Positions 9,990 to 20,469 of a DNA stretch of 64,000 nt are shown here, piece by piece (positions within the stretch are counted from its first letter, which is position 1; the number at the start of each line of letters is the position of its first letter). The translations under genes and the position numbers were made by a program. The notes under the pieces are model-generated. The model was not told the DNA's origin. It saw nothing but the letters and a program-made list of their open reading frames with translations, and did not search any database. Source of the stretch: Rhodothermales bacterium (GTDB lineage Bacteria; Bacteroidota; Rhodothermia; Rhodothermales; Bin80); contig OZ241742.1 of the NCBI GenBank assembly GCA_965200955.1, positions 3,446,070 through 3,510,069 of the forward strand. The letters run 5' to 3'.

Positions 9990-11480
9990 CTATGGAGAAA
10001 GTCTTCCAAGCATTCGGGGAAAAGGAATCGCTTCTCGGATATGTTCTAGTCCACAAATCCATGCAACCGTACGTTCAAGCCCCAGTCCAAACCCACTATG
10101 TGGAACCGTTCCGTAGCGGCGTAGATCAAAATACCACTCAAAGGCATCTTGTGGAAGACGATGTCTCTGAACCTGCTCCTCTAAAAATGTAAGATCATCC
10201 GCACGCTGTCCACCGCCAATGATTTCCCCAAAACCTTCGGGAGCCAGAATATCCATACCCAAAGCCAACCGATCGTCTTCTGGATCTCTTTTCATATAAA
10301 AAGCCTTGACTGATTCTGGGTATCGATGAACAATGATTGGCCGATCAAAATGCCATGTCAGTAATGTTTCATCACTCCCTCCAAAATCTCCACCCCATTC
10401 AAACTGCTCTGCTGACTTCCCCCACTGCGGAAGATTTCTCAGTTCTTCGTCAATTTGATCCATTCGGATGTTGATTTCAATCTCGCGTGCATCAATGCGA
10501 CGCTTTTTCCACTCCTTCAGTTGTCCATAATTCTGCCGATTAGCAGTGCGTTCCTGTTCAAGATCCGATCTTTCCTGCTGAAGTTGTTCTATGTGTTTTT
10601 GCACCATTACCTGAGTCTGATCACTATGAAGAAGTTCAACCGCATCGGTATAGGTGATCCGCGGGAATGGTGGCTGTACTCTACGAAGCCAATCTAGATC
10701 TCGTCCAAGTAGATCAAGCTCTTCATGGCAATCTTCAATGGCATCGGATGCAATTCGGATGAGAAAATCCTCGGCTAACGTCATATTCATATCCAAGTCA
10801 TAGAACGCCATTTCGGGTTCTATCATCCAAAATTCGGTAAGATGTCTACGGGTTTTAGATTTTTCAGCACGAAAGACAGGGCCGAACGTATAGATCTTGT
10901 TGAACGCCATGGCCATTACTTCGCCATGCAGTTGTCCACTTTGTGTCAAATAGGCTGAACTTCCAAAGTAATCAATTTCAAAAAGTGTGCTCGTGCCTTC
11001 AACGGCATTCTTTGTCAGTAGTGGAGCATCCATCTGTAAGAAACCACGCTCTTGGAAAAAATTGTGGATGCTCATGATGATACGGTTACGGACTCTCATG
11101 ATTGCCCATGGACGCCGACTTCTCAACCATAGATGGCGATGATCCATCAAAAAGTCTATACCATGTGATTTGGGGGTAATTGGGTAGTCTTTTACAATTT
11201 GGAACACTTCTATTTGGGAAGCTTGTATTTCTATGCCTCCGATCTGACGTTCATCTTTAAGGATTTCGCCCGTGACAATCAGTGAAGATTCTTGTGTTGT
11301 ACTTGATGCGTTGTCCCATGATGTAGCATCTACTTTTCCCTGATTAACGACACACTGTATCATGCCGGTTCCGTCTCGGAGAACCATAAAGAAGAGCCCC
11401 TTGGATACTCGTTTTTGATGTAGCCAACCTTTCAGGGTTACAGTCTCCCCAATGTGCTGAACAAGAGAATCAATTGTCAT
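9990..11480 (-). CDS. asnS: Asparagine--tRNA ligase
   Basis: OB-fold start, YLTQSGQL, FRAEKSKTRRHLTEFWMIEPE, GEIIGGGQR, RRYGTVPHSGFGLGLER. Start codon uncertain. Confidence 0.95.
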   Translation of the reverse strand: MTIDSLVQHIGETVTLKGWLHQKRVSKGLFFMVLRDGTGMIQCVVNQGKVDATSWDNASSTTQESSLIVTGEILKDERQIGGIEIQASQIEVFQIVKDYPITPKSHGIDFLMDHRHLWLRSRRPWAIMRVRNRIIMSIHNFFQERGFLQMDAPLLTKNAVEGTSTLFEIDYFGSSAYLTQSGQLHGEVMAMAFNKIYTFGPVFRAEKSKTRRHLTEFWMIEPEMAFYDLDMNMTLAEDFLIRIASDAIEDCHEELDLLGRDLDWLRRVQPPFPRITYTDAVELLHSDQTQVMVQKHIEQLQQERSDLEQERTANRQNYGQLKEWKKRRIDAREIEINIRMDQIDEELRNLPQWGKSAEQFEWGGDFGGSDETLLTWHFDRPIIVHRYPESVKAFYMKRDPEDDRLALGMDILAPEGFGEIIGGGQRADDLTFLEEQVQRHRLPQDAFEWYFDLRRYGTVPHSGFGLGLERTVAWICGLEHIREAIPFPRMLGRLSP

Positions 11481-11490
11481 TGAGCGTATA

Positions 11491-12906
11491 TCAGTATTGT
11501 TCTGAAATTCGTTGATACCAGTCATGAAGTTTGCGTTCACCAGTCACAGATGAATGCAGGAGTTTGAATTCTCCAAACCCGCTTGTATCTGCAAAAATAA
11601 ATTCGGATTCACCTTCGTCTGGAATCCTGTTATATCTCCAGATCTCGTAGGGATGATGCCCCCTTTCGTACGGATATCTTTCTTTTTCCGTTGGTCTGCC
11701 ATACTTCAACAGAATTCTTCCACGATCTGATTGCCATCCTTCAATTCTCTGAAACGAGAAATGCTCATTTGCATACTCTACTAACGCAATATAATCCTCT
11801 CGGAATTCATTGATCTGCGTTTGAGGTGTTAAATCACGAACATCCCAGAGTTCCTTTAAGAGTCGTCTGCGTTGTTCTTCACTCTTGGCCTGTTTTATCC
11901 GATTCAATTCTTGATGAGTTGTAATCTGTTGAATCAGATTAAGTTCATGATCTATTTGATCGGAAGGCATGAAAGCGTAAATGCTTTCTTCATAAATCGT
12001 ACCCTCTGTCTCTGAATTCTCTGATGGTAAAACAATCAATGGATTGTAGCGAAAAAATTTGTGCGATTGATCTGCAATCATCACATTCGTTTCATCTATC
12101 ACCTCAATATGAAAAGCATAGCTGCCTGATGATAGATTATGTAAGTCAAATGAACCTGCAATGAAATCAAGAGGAGGTTCTACACGACCAAAATGAATCT
12201 GTATATCTTCAATGGGATCTGGTGTATTGGCATCTCGAATATACGCATGCCAAGTATAGTTGCCGGTCTTGGAGGTGGTGTCAGTCACAGCATACATTTC
12301 CAGATAATAGAACAGTTGATTGATCTGTTCATCAAAAAGTTGATCAACCTTTGGGAAGATCGACAGTCCATTTTTGTTGAATGGTGCATCATGATCAGTG
12401 GAATCGACAATACTTGATGCTAAAATAACATCCGAAATAGCCACCCCTTCAAACTGGTTAAAATTTGGAATTCTGAGGGTTTTCATGATATGAACTGGTT
12501 TCAGATCTTGCATCATTAGATCCGCATGCATTTCATATTCACCAGGAGCAGCCAGTAGAGATCGTTTTTGCAGAAACACCTGATCTTTTTGAATTGCGGA
12601 TGTATCGCGAACAGTGAAGTACAGTTCAGAGTCTTGGGATATATCACTGAGAACCGTTTCCTTTGACTTATGCGAAGTCAGCATCTTCATTTGTAATGGC
12701 ACAACTGCTGAATACGTAGAGTCGGACAACACAAAAGTCAATGCATCCGCTTCAACTGAAAAATACAGATCTACCAGCGACTCATGATCATCGTGAGCAA
12801 AAGAAGCGTGACTGATTTTGATCTGTGCGTTTGATTGCTGTGGAACTGATACGAGTAGCCCACATAACTGAATCAATACAATCAGCGAACGTAAAATGTG
12901 ATCCAT
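11491..12906 (-). CDS. GWxTD domain-containing protein
   Basis: Signal peptide; GWQSDRGRILLKYGRP and PYEIWRY motifs. Confidence 0.85.
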   Translation of the reverse strand: MDHILRSLIVLIQLCGLLVSVPQQSNAQIKISHASFAHDDHESLVDLYFSVEADALTFVLSDSTYSAVVPLQMKMLTSHKSKETVLSDISQDSELYFTVRDTSAIQKDQVFLQKRSLLAAPGEYEMHADLMMQDLKPVHIMKTLRIPNFNQFEGVAISDVILASSIVDSTDHDAPFNKNGLSIFPKVDQLFDEQINQLFYYLEMYAVTDTTSKTGNYTWHAYIRDANTPDPIEDIQIHFGRVEPPLDFIAGSFDLHNLSSGSYAFHIEVIDETNVMIADQSHKFFRYNPLIVLPSENSETEGTIYEESIYAFMPSDQIDHELNLIQQITTHQELNRIKQAKSEEQRRRLLKELWDVRDLTPQTQINEFREDYIALVEYANEHFSFQRIEGWQSDRGRILLKYGRPTEKERYPYERGHHPYEIWRYNRIPDEGESEFIFADTSGFGEFKLLHSSVTGERKLHDWYQRISEQY

Positions 12907-13022
12907 CTGAAGCTCTGCGGATTCAAATTAATCTTCGCACGATGTGTAAAATCGGTGATTGCTATGAAAGGTTTTGATGAATGAGTCAATGAATGATATC
13001 CACTTCACCATAGAAATCAGAT

Positions 13023-13466
13023 TCATGATTGAGATTTCAGTACACCTGCAATATCTGGCGGAGTCCAATCAGGGGGTTTCATCCATTTGCCATCCTCTCG
13101 GGCATAGCCTCCTGGTCCAAACTTCCGTAGATTGGCTTGATCTACCTCTTCAAGCAATTTTTCGTCATCAATCCCAAATGCAATCAGAGTTCCTATGGTA
13201 ACTACAGAAATATCTGCACAACCATCTGCAACCCCTTCCACATCAACAGGCTTATTGGAAGAAAATTCACACGCATCAATGGTCACATCTTCCTTGTTCA
13301 GTTGAACAGAAATGCCCAAGGCATGAACTGTTTCCAATGCTTCTTCAAGAATCAGACGAGCACGGAGAACCCGCGTATCATCATCGGGAATAGTGACCTT
13401 TGTGGGGGTTGGCTGGCCAGCATTTTCCATAAATGCTTTGACCCGTTTATAGTGATTGGTTGACAT
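13023..13466 (-). CDS. MazG-like/PRA-PH nucleoside triphosphate pyrophosphohydrolase
   Basis: LRARLILEEALE, DGCAD, EVDQANLRK, REDGKWMKPPDWTPPD. Confidence 0.8.
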   Translation of the reverse strand: MSTNHYKRVKAFMENAGQPTPTKVTIPDDDTRVLRARLILEEALETVHALGISVQLNKEDVTIDACEFSSNKPVDVEGVADGCADISVVTIGTLIAFGIDDEKLLEEVDQANLRKFGPGGYAREDGKWMKPPDWTPPDIAGVLKSQS

Positions 13467-13897
13467 GAAAATGATTGGAATGATCTAAATATAATGAAAA
13501 CTGTGTATGATGAATAACCAGTATACTTATAAAATTGTTCTTGGCCATCCATCCCAAATCAAGCGTTTAGTTCATTATACCCGAAACTATTGCTCAAGTT
13601 AGTTGAATTAATACAATTCTGATCTTTGCAAGCCAATTATTTCAAACAATTTTATCAACTGCCGTTTTAGTATTAAGCCAAATGGACATGACATGTGTAC
13701 ATTACTGTCTCAGAACTCATACATCCATGTTGATTATGTTGCATCAAACATGTCCTGGGAATTATTTCACTCAAGTTACTCCCGTATCTGGCAAAATCAT
13801 CAAATGAAAGACGAGTATATCATTTTCTGCAAATTTATACCCTAAACCTTATCTTTGATCAAATCATTCTCATTCTGGTATTTTTGTTGTTGACAAA

Positions 13898-15370
13898 ATG
13901 ACTGTACAAATCAATCTTGAAGATCTTGTAAGGCAGTTACTCGTCCACCCAATCGAAACAGAATAGCTTGAATTCAAGTCAAATGATGCCGATCCTAAGA
14001 TCATTGGACAAAATATCTCAGCACTTGCTAATGCTGCTGCACTCTTAAATAGAACCAATGGTTATATTATTTGGGGAATCTATGACGACACACATCAGAT
14101 CATCGGTACCAAGTTTAACCCCGAAACTCAAAGAGTACAAAATCAAGATCTTCGTTTCTGGCTTCAACGCAATTTAGAACCAAAAATAGATTTTACTTTC
14201 CATAAAGTAGAGTTAGATGGCCACCCTATCGTAGTTCTCATTATTCCCAGTGCATTTGATCGACCAATTAGATTCAATAACGAGGCATACATTCGTATAG
14301 GTTCTCACACTACTCATCTTAGAAATTATCCTGAAAGTGAAAAGCAGCTCTGGAAGTTATCGGATACTAGTTCCTTTGAAACAAGTATTGGACTTGAAGG
14401 CTTACAAAGTGAAGATGTCTTAAATCTATTAGATTATCAGTCATACTTTGATCTGTCTAAAACACCCATTCCCCCAAATGCATCAGCTATCTTAAGTGTG
14501 TTGAAACATGAGAAATTTATTGATCAGAGAGATGACAAACGATGGAATATCCTCAACTTAGGATTGATTACATTTGCCCGAAATCTTACAGATGCTGGGC
14601 CATTAGGTCGTAAACCTGTTAGGATTGCTAAGTACTTGGGTCCATATAAAAGCAATAGCCGCCAAGAAGAAGTATCTGTAGGTTATGCCGCTGGCTTTTC
14701 AAATATTCTAAGTCGTATTCAATCTTTAGCTGCTACGGACGAAACTTTCAATGGCGGAATTAGAAAAGAGGAGCCTCGGTTTCCACTCATTGCAATTCGT
14801 GAAATTGTTGCAAATGCACTGATTCATCAGGATTTTACTATACGTGGATCTGGACCTATCATTGAAATTTTTGAGAATCGGATCGAAATTACCAATATAG
14901 GGGCACCTCTTGTGGAAGCCAAGATGTTCATTAACTCTTCACCTAAATCACGAAATGATTCTTTATCCTCACTTCTTCGCAGAATTGGAATTTGCGAAGA
15001 ACTCGGTAGCGGCTGGGATAATATTGTTTCTGAAATTGAAAAGCGTCATTTACCAGCTCCCAAAATTGAAGTACTCGACAACAGTACTCGCATCACTCTT
15101 TACGCAAGAAAACCGCTCTCCGAAATGAATTCTTTCGAGCGTATTCAAGCAATCTACCTTCATGCTTGCTTGAGATATACTGATGGACAAAGTATCAACA
15201 ACTCTAGCGTTCGCAAACGATTTGGAATGGATCATACACAAACAGCGAAAGCATCTCGATTTTTAGCAGAAGCCTTGGCGGCAGAACAAATTGTAATCGT
15301 AGATCCTAACGCCAGCCGAAAATACATGCGATATTTTCCACATTGGGCTTTTGCATCAGTATCTAAATAG
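13898..15370 (+). pseudogene. AlbA_2 (Schlafen-like) plus HATPase_c_4 'RecG-like' protein with a premature stop
   Basis: ATG 13898 reads ...IETE*LEFKSN, with TAG at 13964-13966 where the family has Trp. The same frame then stays open to 15370 with AIREIVANALIHQDF and CEELGSGWD. Confidence 0.8.
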
Positions 15371-15408
15371 AGCTACTACTGAAATGAATATAATTAAGAG
15401 ATCCTTGT

Positions 15409-15507
15409 GAGCCTTTTGCAAAACCTCTCAGTCTACTCTAAAAAAATACGTCACAGGTGCTTCAGAGTAATATTCCTACGAAAACTCTGAGGTTTTGCAA
15501 AAGCTTC
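15409..15507. mobile_element. ~100-bp MITE-like element with IS5-family-like ends (copy 1); a more degenerate copy follows to about 15582
   Basis: Ends GAGCCTTTTGCAAAACCTC and GAGGTTTTGCAAAAGCTTC. A related copy lies at 56710-56807. Confidence 0.65.
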
Positions 15508-15789
15508 TTGTAAAACCTATTTGGATCTCAGACGCAATAGATCTATATTTCTACCAAAATGTAGGGGTTTTCAAAAGCCTCTCAACAAAGTGTCAGAAAT
15601 TCGTTTTGGGTTGTGAAATTTTTCTGCTTTTCAGAGTTAACGGGGATTGAGTGTATATTTGCTTCATTAGAAGATGTTATTTCGTGTCACTCAGTAATAC
15701 GAAGATTTAGATTGATGTCCCATTGTCTTTGGATTTGATGCATTCAACGATTGGAGAATCCAGATTATGGCTACCGTAGACCACTCATC

Positions 15790-16272
15790 GCTTATTTCCT
15801 TATTTGACACTTATTTTCACTTTGGGGTGTTGCTACTCTTAATCACTGGAAAATCCCAGAAGTGATCCACCTGTGTTCAGATTCATGTTGACCGCTCTTG
15901 AAAGAAGGGACGTTCGGAGATCGCTATCGCTTATTTTCTTTATTTGATGGTTATTTTCACTCTTGGGCTTTTTCAATACTCCATTGCCTGAAAATCTGCC
16001 CTGAGAGACGTTAAACGCTAATTTCCTTATTTGACGCTTATTTTCACTTTGGGGTGTTTTTCTCTTCATTGCTGCAAATTCCCAATATGATCCATCTGTT
16101 CAGATTCATGTTGGCACCCTTGAAGGGGGTTGTTCGGAGATTATCATTGCTTATTTTCTTTATTTGCTGGTTATTTTCACTCTTGGGCTTTTTCAATACT
16201 CCATTGCCTGAAAATCTGCCCTGAGAGATGCTCAACGCTTATTTCTTTATTTGACGCTTATTTTCACTCTTG
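15790..16272. repeat. Array of five ~35-bp direct repeats with alternating long/short interspaces (about 2.2 copies of a ~225-bp unit)
   Basis: Core GCTTATTT(T)CYTTATTTGNNNSTTATTTTCACTYTKG starts at 15790, 15929, 16017, 16149 and 16237. Confidence 0.85.
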
Positions 16273-16398
16273 CATGATTTGAACTCAATACTGCGGTGAT
16301 TCCCACAGTGTCACCTAATGATTCCAATGATATTGACAGATTCGGGGAATCAGTAGAATTGAATCAACCGCTACTGACCTTACAGCCAATACCTATGA

Positions 16399-17517
16399 CT
16401 AGGTGAGTGAGTCAAGTAATGCATCGTACTGTTCTATATGAACACCCCAGTCAAGGCGATCAACAATCCCACGAAGCGTATCAGGAGGCAATGGACGCTC
16501 TTCTTCCATAAGCATAGCCTTTAATATGGAAAAGAGCTCCTCTTCATTTTCATACAGAACCGGAGCATGCAAAAGTGGGCGATGCAAATTAGACGGAATC
16601 AATTCTGGGTAACTCAGACGGTTGGGTAAAAGAGGGTGACAGCCACAATAAATGGCCTCTAGCATAGCAATTCCAAAAAATTCATGAATGGCCGTGGAAA
16701 CCACAATATCTGCACGATGCAATAACTTGCTGTACTCTTCAAAGTTTTCAGCATAGCCATAATGAAGAATCCTTTCAGCATAGCGCTCAAAAGCTATATC
16801 AAACTCTGACGGTTGCTCCTCAAATCGTTTTCCCGCAAGAATTAAACGAAATCTACACCCCGAATCGTCAAGACGATTCATCAATCTGAAAAACGCCTCC
16901 GGATTTTTATCATACTCCCACCGCTGATTCCATAAAACAACTGGTGGAGAATCTTTTCCCAGTTCGGTCTGGGCATACTGGGCATGAGACTGTAGATCCA
17001 TCCCAAGGTGGATCACCCTGCTTTTTGCCCGTATCTCCGATACCGTATGAAGGTGGGTATAATCTGGGAAAACTCGTAGCAAACTAGGAAGTGCATGAAT
17101 AAATTCCTTATAGTGATATTCAGAATTAAACACCACTTGATCCGAAGCAAGGCACGAAAGATAGTTGATGTATGAATAGGAGAGATCACGCTTAACCTCT
17201 GAAGCTAGCGGATAGGTTAACTGATTTTCGTGAAGATAGTAGACAACTGGTATATCTCCTATTTCCCTACGGACCAACGCAAGAAAAGCTGGAACATTGA
17301 CCATGCTTGAAGCCAGAATAATATCCGGCTTAAATCCATTTTTGATTGCCTGTCTGGATTTTCGTGCAAGTGTCTGTGCTCCACCCTGAAGCCTCCACTT
17401 CCAAAATCTGGCAGACATGGTAATCAGATGATACTCATGGCGACTACTGCGAATGAGTCCATCTACAAAATTCCTATGAGATCCCCCATACCATGGCTCT
17501 AAAGCCAGTACCTTCAT
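16399..17517 (-). CDS. DUF3524 / GT4 glycosyltransferase (GTDC1/QTMAN-like)
   Basis: LEPWYGGSH, ARFWKWR, YLHENQLTYP, WNQRWEYDKNPE, STAIHEFFG, LPNRLSYPE. Confidence 0.85.
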   Translation of the reverse strand: MKVLALEPWYGGSHRNFVDGLIRSSRHEYHLITMSARFWKWRLQGGAQTLARKSRQAIKNGFKPDIILASSMVNVPAFLALVRREIGDIPVVYYLHENQLTYPLASEVKRDLSYSYINYLSCLASDQVVFNSEYHYKEFIHALPSLLRVFPDYTHLHTVSEIRAKSRVIHLGMDLQSHAQYAQTELGKDSPPVVLWNQRWEYDKNPEAFFRLMNRLDDSGCRFRLILAGKRFEEQPSEFDIAFERYAERILHYGYAENFEEYSKLLHRADIVVSTAIHEFFGIAMLEAIYCGCHPLLPNRLSYPELIPSNLHRPLLHAPVLYENEEELFSILKAMLMEEERPLPPDTLRGIVDRLDWGVHIEQYDALLDSLT

Positions 17518-17780
17518 CAGCGCTTCTTGGGCTTAGATTTTCGAGCCTTGGATCCAAATTTCTTCTGGACCTCCTTGTTCTCATCGTCCGTCAATGGACG
17601 CACAATGGCTAAATCTCGGACTTGAAGCAGATCCCGTAAAGCATTGTCCATCACCTCATCAGCGGTGACTGAAACCTGCTCTCCCGGTTGAATGTCTAAC
17701 TTCCTCCCATCAAGCTTGACGGAAATCGTCTTCTTATTCGTGTTTTTGATGATCATACCCTTGCGATTGCGAGGTATCAT
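17517..17780 (-). CDS. Small basic hypothetical protein
   Basis: 87-aa ORF whose stop overlaps the start of the glycosyltransferase. Confidence 0.6.
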   Translation of the reverse strand: MIPRNRKGMIIKNTNKKTISVKLDGRKLDIQPGEQVSVTADEVMDNALRDLLQVRDLAIVRPLTDDENKEVQKKFGSKARKSKPKKR

Positions 17781-17837
17781 AGATTCAGATGTTTGATTTC
17801 AATAAGTATACGAATTATTCACTGAATACGCTATATA

Positions 17838-18476
17838 TCATATTGAATTTGGTCCAAAATCCTCAATACAAATGGATTGATGAGCTAAGTCAATATCATC
17901 TTCAAGATTTGAAGCAATCACTGTCACATGACCAGATGTTTGCATTTGATCAACAATTCCCCTCACTATATCCCTCCCCTCCCTGTCCAAGCCCAAGGTC
18001 GGTTCATCCATTAGAATAACCTTGGGCTCATGATATAAAGCAGCTACCAGCCTCGCACGCTGGTGCATTCCTGTGGAGTAGGTTCTAACAAATGAATCCA
18101 TATCGGACTCTAACCCTATTCTCGATACAATGGATTGAATTCTATCGTCATCTATTTTCACAGATCTGACCTTTGCGATAAATTCTAGATTTTCAGTTAG
18201 GGTGAGATCCTCATATAAATTCACATAAGGTGCGACCAGTCCAACATACAACGGATACTGATCTCGCGGAATTGTTTTCTGTGAGATCGTCAATTTGACA
18301 CTGCCATACGACGGTTGAAGTACCCCCGCTAAGATCTTGAGCAATGTTGACTTACCAGAACCATTTGCACCTGTAATGGCTAAGACATCTCCTGAAGTAA
18401 GTTCCAGTTCAACTTCATGGAATATCTTTCTGTATCCATACTGATGGCCTCCGCCACTTACAGATAATGTGGTCAT
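17838..18476 (-). CDS. ABC transporter ATP-binding protein (CcmA-like)
   Basis: Walker A GANGSGKST, signature YSTGM, Walker B ILMDEP. Confidence 0.85.
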   Translation of the reverse strand: MTTLSVSGGGHQYGYRKIFHEVELELTSGDVLAITGANGSGKSTLLKILAGVLQPSYGSVKLTISQKTIPRDQYPLYVGLVAPYVNLYEDLTLTENLEFIAKVRSVKIDDDRIQSIVSRIGLESDMDSFVRTYSTGMHQRARLVAALYHEPKVILMDEPTLGLDREGRDIVRGIVDQMQTSGHVTVIASNLEDDIDLAHQSICIEDFGPNSI

Positions 18477-18907
18477 TGATCAAAAATAGTCATGTGCACC
18501 TATTCATTTCAACCATTGGATTTTATAGATGTTGAGTCAATGAATGTGTATGGTTTGGGATCAATCGTCTCAATGTTCATGCGATTACATCTGTCCATGT
18601 TCATCTTTTCATCGGGATCAAAGATAGATGGAAGATCAACATTGAAGAATACGCTCCTTTTATCGTGGATTCTATTCTACCGTATTCATGCCTGAGTAGC
18701 AAGCATCTCTCTAACTTGTAATCATTAGGTCTATTCCATTCAAATCGGCTATTCATTGCACCTCATTGAAAATAACCCACAAATGACTGTCCATCAAACC
18801 TCTACGATTCATATCTGTTAATTACATCGGTTGATTTGAAGAAGAATCCAAAGGCAAACATTCTTCTGGACATGCACTGAGTTCAGTGTCTCAGGTTTTC
18901 ATCACTG

Positions 18908-19654
18908 CTATATGATTCCTAAGATTCTCAATGCCATCATCAGGACTGCAATCATCAAGACAATTTTGATAATCTTTTCACCGCGTTGGATTGCCATTTT
19001 TGCAGCAATGTATGCTCCTATTGCATTCCCAGTGGCCAGCACGAACCCCAACGCCCAATCTATCTTCCCCATGACTGCATAAAGAAATAATGCTGGTATC
19101 ATATAGATAAGTACAATCGTGATTTTATGAACCGTTGTGGTCAGCAAGTCTAACCTCATGAGATGGACCAATACAGCCATGAGCAAAAAACCTACCCCGA
19201 CCTGAATAAATCCACCATAAAACCCAATCGCTAATAGAGATGGCCCTGTCCATAAAGATTGTCTCTCACCTTGCTCTTCTGGATTACTGTTCCGTGGAAT
19301 GAGCATACTCAATACGATCAAAATTAATAGACCACCAAGTATTTTTTCAAATACAGCGTCATCAATTCTTGTAGCAACCAGAGCTCCCGTAATGGCTCCT
19401 GGTATAGTCCACAATGCCAAGGTAAAACTCGTGCGGAGCCGAGTCTTTTTCTCGTGTGAAAAGGTAAGAACTGCCGATATGTTCTGAACAAGTATCGCCA
19501 CACGATTGGTTCCGTTGGCAACCCCTGCATCCAAGCCAAGAAGAATCAGCAAAGGCAATGTAATGCTAGACCCACCACCAGCCATCACATTGACCACCCC
19601 AGCAATCACACCTGCGAGAAATAAAAGTAGCCACAGAGCGTGAAACTCAAACAT
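18908..19654 (-). CDS. Sulfite exporter TauE/SafE family membrane protein
   Basis: AGGGSSITLP, ANGTNR, GFYGGFIQVGVG; multiple TM helices. Confidence 0.88.
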   Translation of the reverse strand: MFEFHALWLLLFLAGVIAGVVNVMAGGGSSITLPLLILLGLDAGVANGTNRVAILVQNISAVLTFSHEKKTRLRTSFTLALWTIPGAITGALVATRIDDAVFEKILGGLLILIVLSMLIPRNSNPEEQGERQSLWTGPSLLAIGFYGGFIQVGVGFLLMAVLVHLMRLDLLTTTVHKITIVLIYMIPALFLYAVMGKIDWALGFVLATGNAIGAYIAAKMAIQRGEKIIKIVLMIAVLMMALRILGII

Positions 19655-19663
19655 TAGACCGCC

Positions 19664-20437
19664 TCAGCGGCGGATAAAGGCAATAGACTTGATCTTGCCA
19701 TCCAGTTCTGACTTACGACGAGATAATTTGAAGCCTGAAGAAGGCTTCCAAGTCTCTAATGCTTCTGGTTCTGTCGCAGGACCACGAACAATAAAATTCA
19801 TCAGTTGACCACGATATACCGTATCATCACTCACCGGCTTTCCATCTGGATTATAAAAACATACCGTAGCACGACCAGCATGAGAGTCATTATCATCCCA
19901 TGCAACTCTGTAGAGCTCTGGAAGTAAGTCCCATACAAATTTATTCCTTACAGTCTTATTGAGAAATGGACTTATAAGTGGTCTCCAATACGTTGTGAGG
20001 AGTCCAACACCGGGAACAGTAGCTGCCATGCTCAAGGTATGTTCTGGAATGAGATCGTCTGGACGCAATAAACCAAAAAGGCCACTCAGGATGACACTGT
20101 TTTCCAAAAGCCGACGCTGTGCCCCAGTGGGGAGTCCATCAAAATCTACTGCACTGTAAAAAGGATCAGGAGCAAAACGCTTACGGGCAGCCATGAGTGG
20201 GGCATTATAAACAGAAGTCGTGATGTCCGCACATTCTTCAACATCTCCATCTCCAAAAATCTCATGAAGAATCTCGGTTTTATCACCCCGGATTATATCA
20301 AGAAGTTTGTCGAGAATTTCCCGGCGATTGGGAATCAACTGATGGAAATAGTTAAATGTCGTTCTAGATCGGTAGTCAAATACATCTGGGGCAAACGGAT
20401 TTCCTCCGCTCGCCATGTAAGTTGCCGATCCAACCAA
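19664..20437 (-). CDS. YaaA (DUF328)-like peroxide stress protein
   Basis: ILSGLFGLLRPDDLIPEHTLSM, YWRP and DLLPELY motifs. Start uncertain (see findings). Confidence 0.75.
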   Translation of the reverse strand: MVGSATYMASGGNPFAPDVFDYRSRTTFNYFHQLIPNRREILDKLLDIIRGDKTEILHEIFGDGDVEECADITTSVYNAPLMAARKRFAPDPFYSAVDFDGLPTGAQRRLLENSVILSGLFGLLRPDDLIPEHTLSMAATVPGVGLLTTYWRPLISPFLNKTVRNKFVWDLLPELYRVAWDDNDSHAGRATVCFYNPDGKPVSDDTVYRGQLMNFIVRGPATEPEALETWKPSSGFKLSRRKSELDGKIKSIAFIRR

Positions 20438-20469
20438 TACTGCAAAACGGTCGTCGATGGTTTCGCCCC

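Noticed and set aside
15839-16235. Two short similar minus-strand ORFs
   Set aside because: They arise from the repeat array, start at non-equivalent points and lack coding features.
15790-16272. CRISPR array
   Set aside because: The interspaces are 50-100 bp and repeat one another (A,B,A',B'), the repeats are degenerate and non-palindromic, and no cas genes are present.
18480-18900. Possible small gene or RNA in the gap upstream of the CcmA-like gene
   Set aside because: No convincing ORF, structure or motif was recognised.
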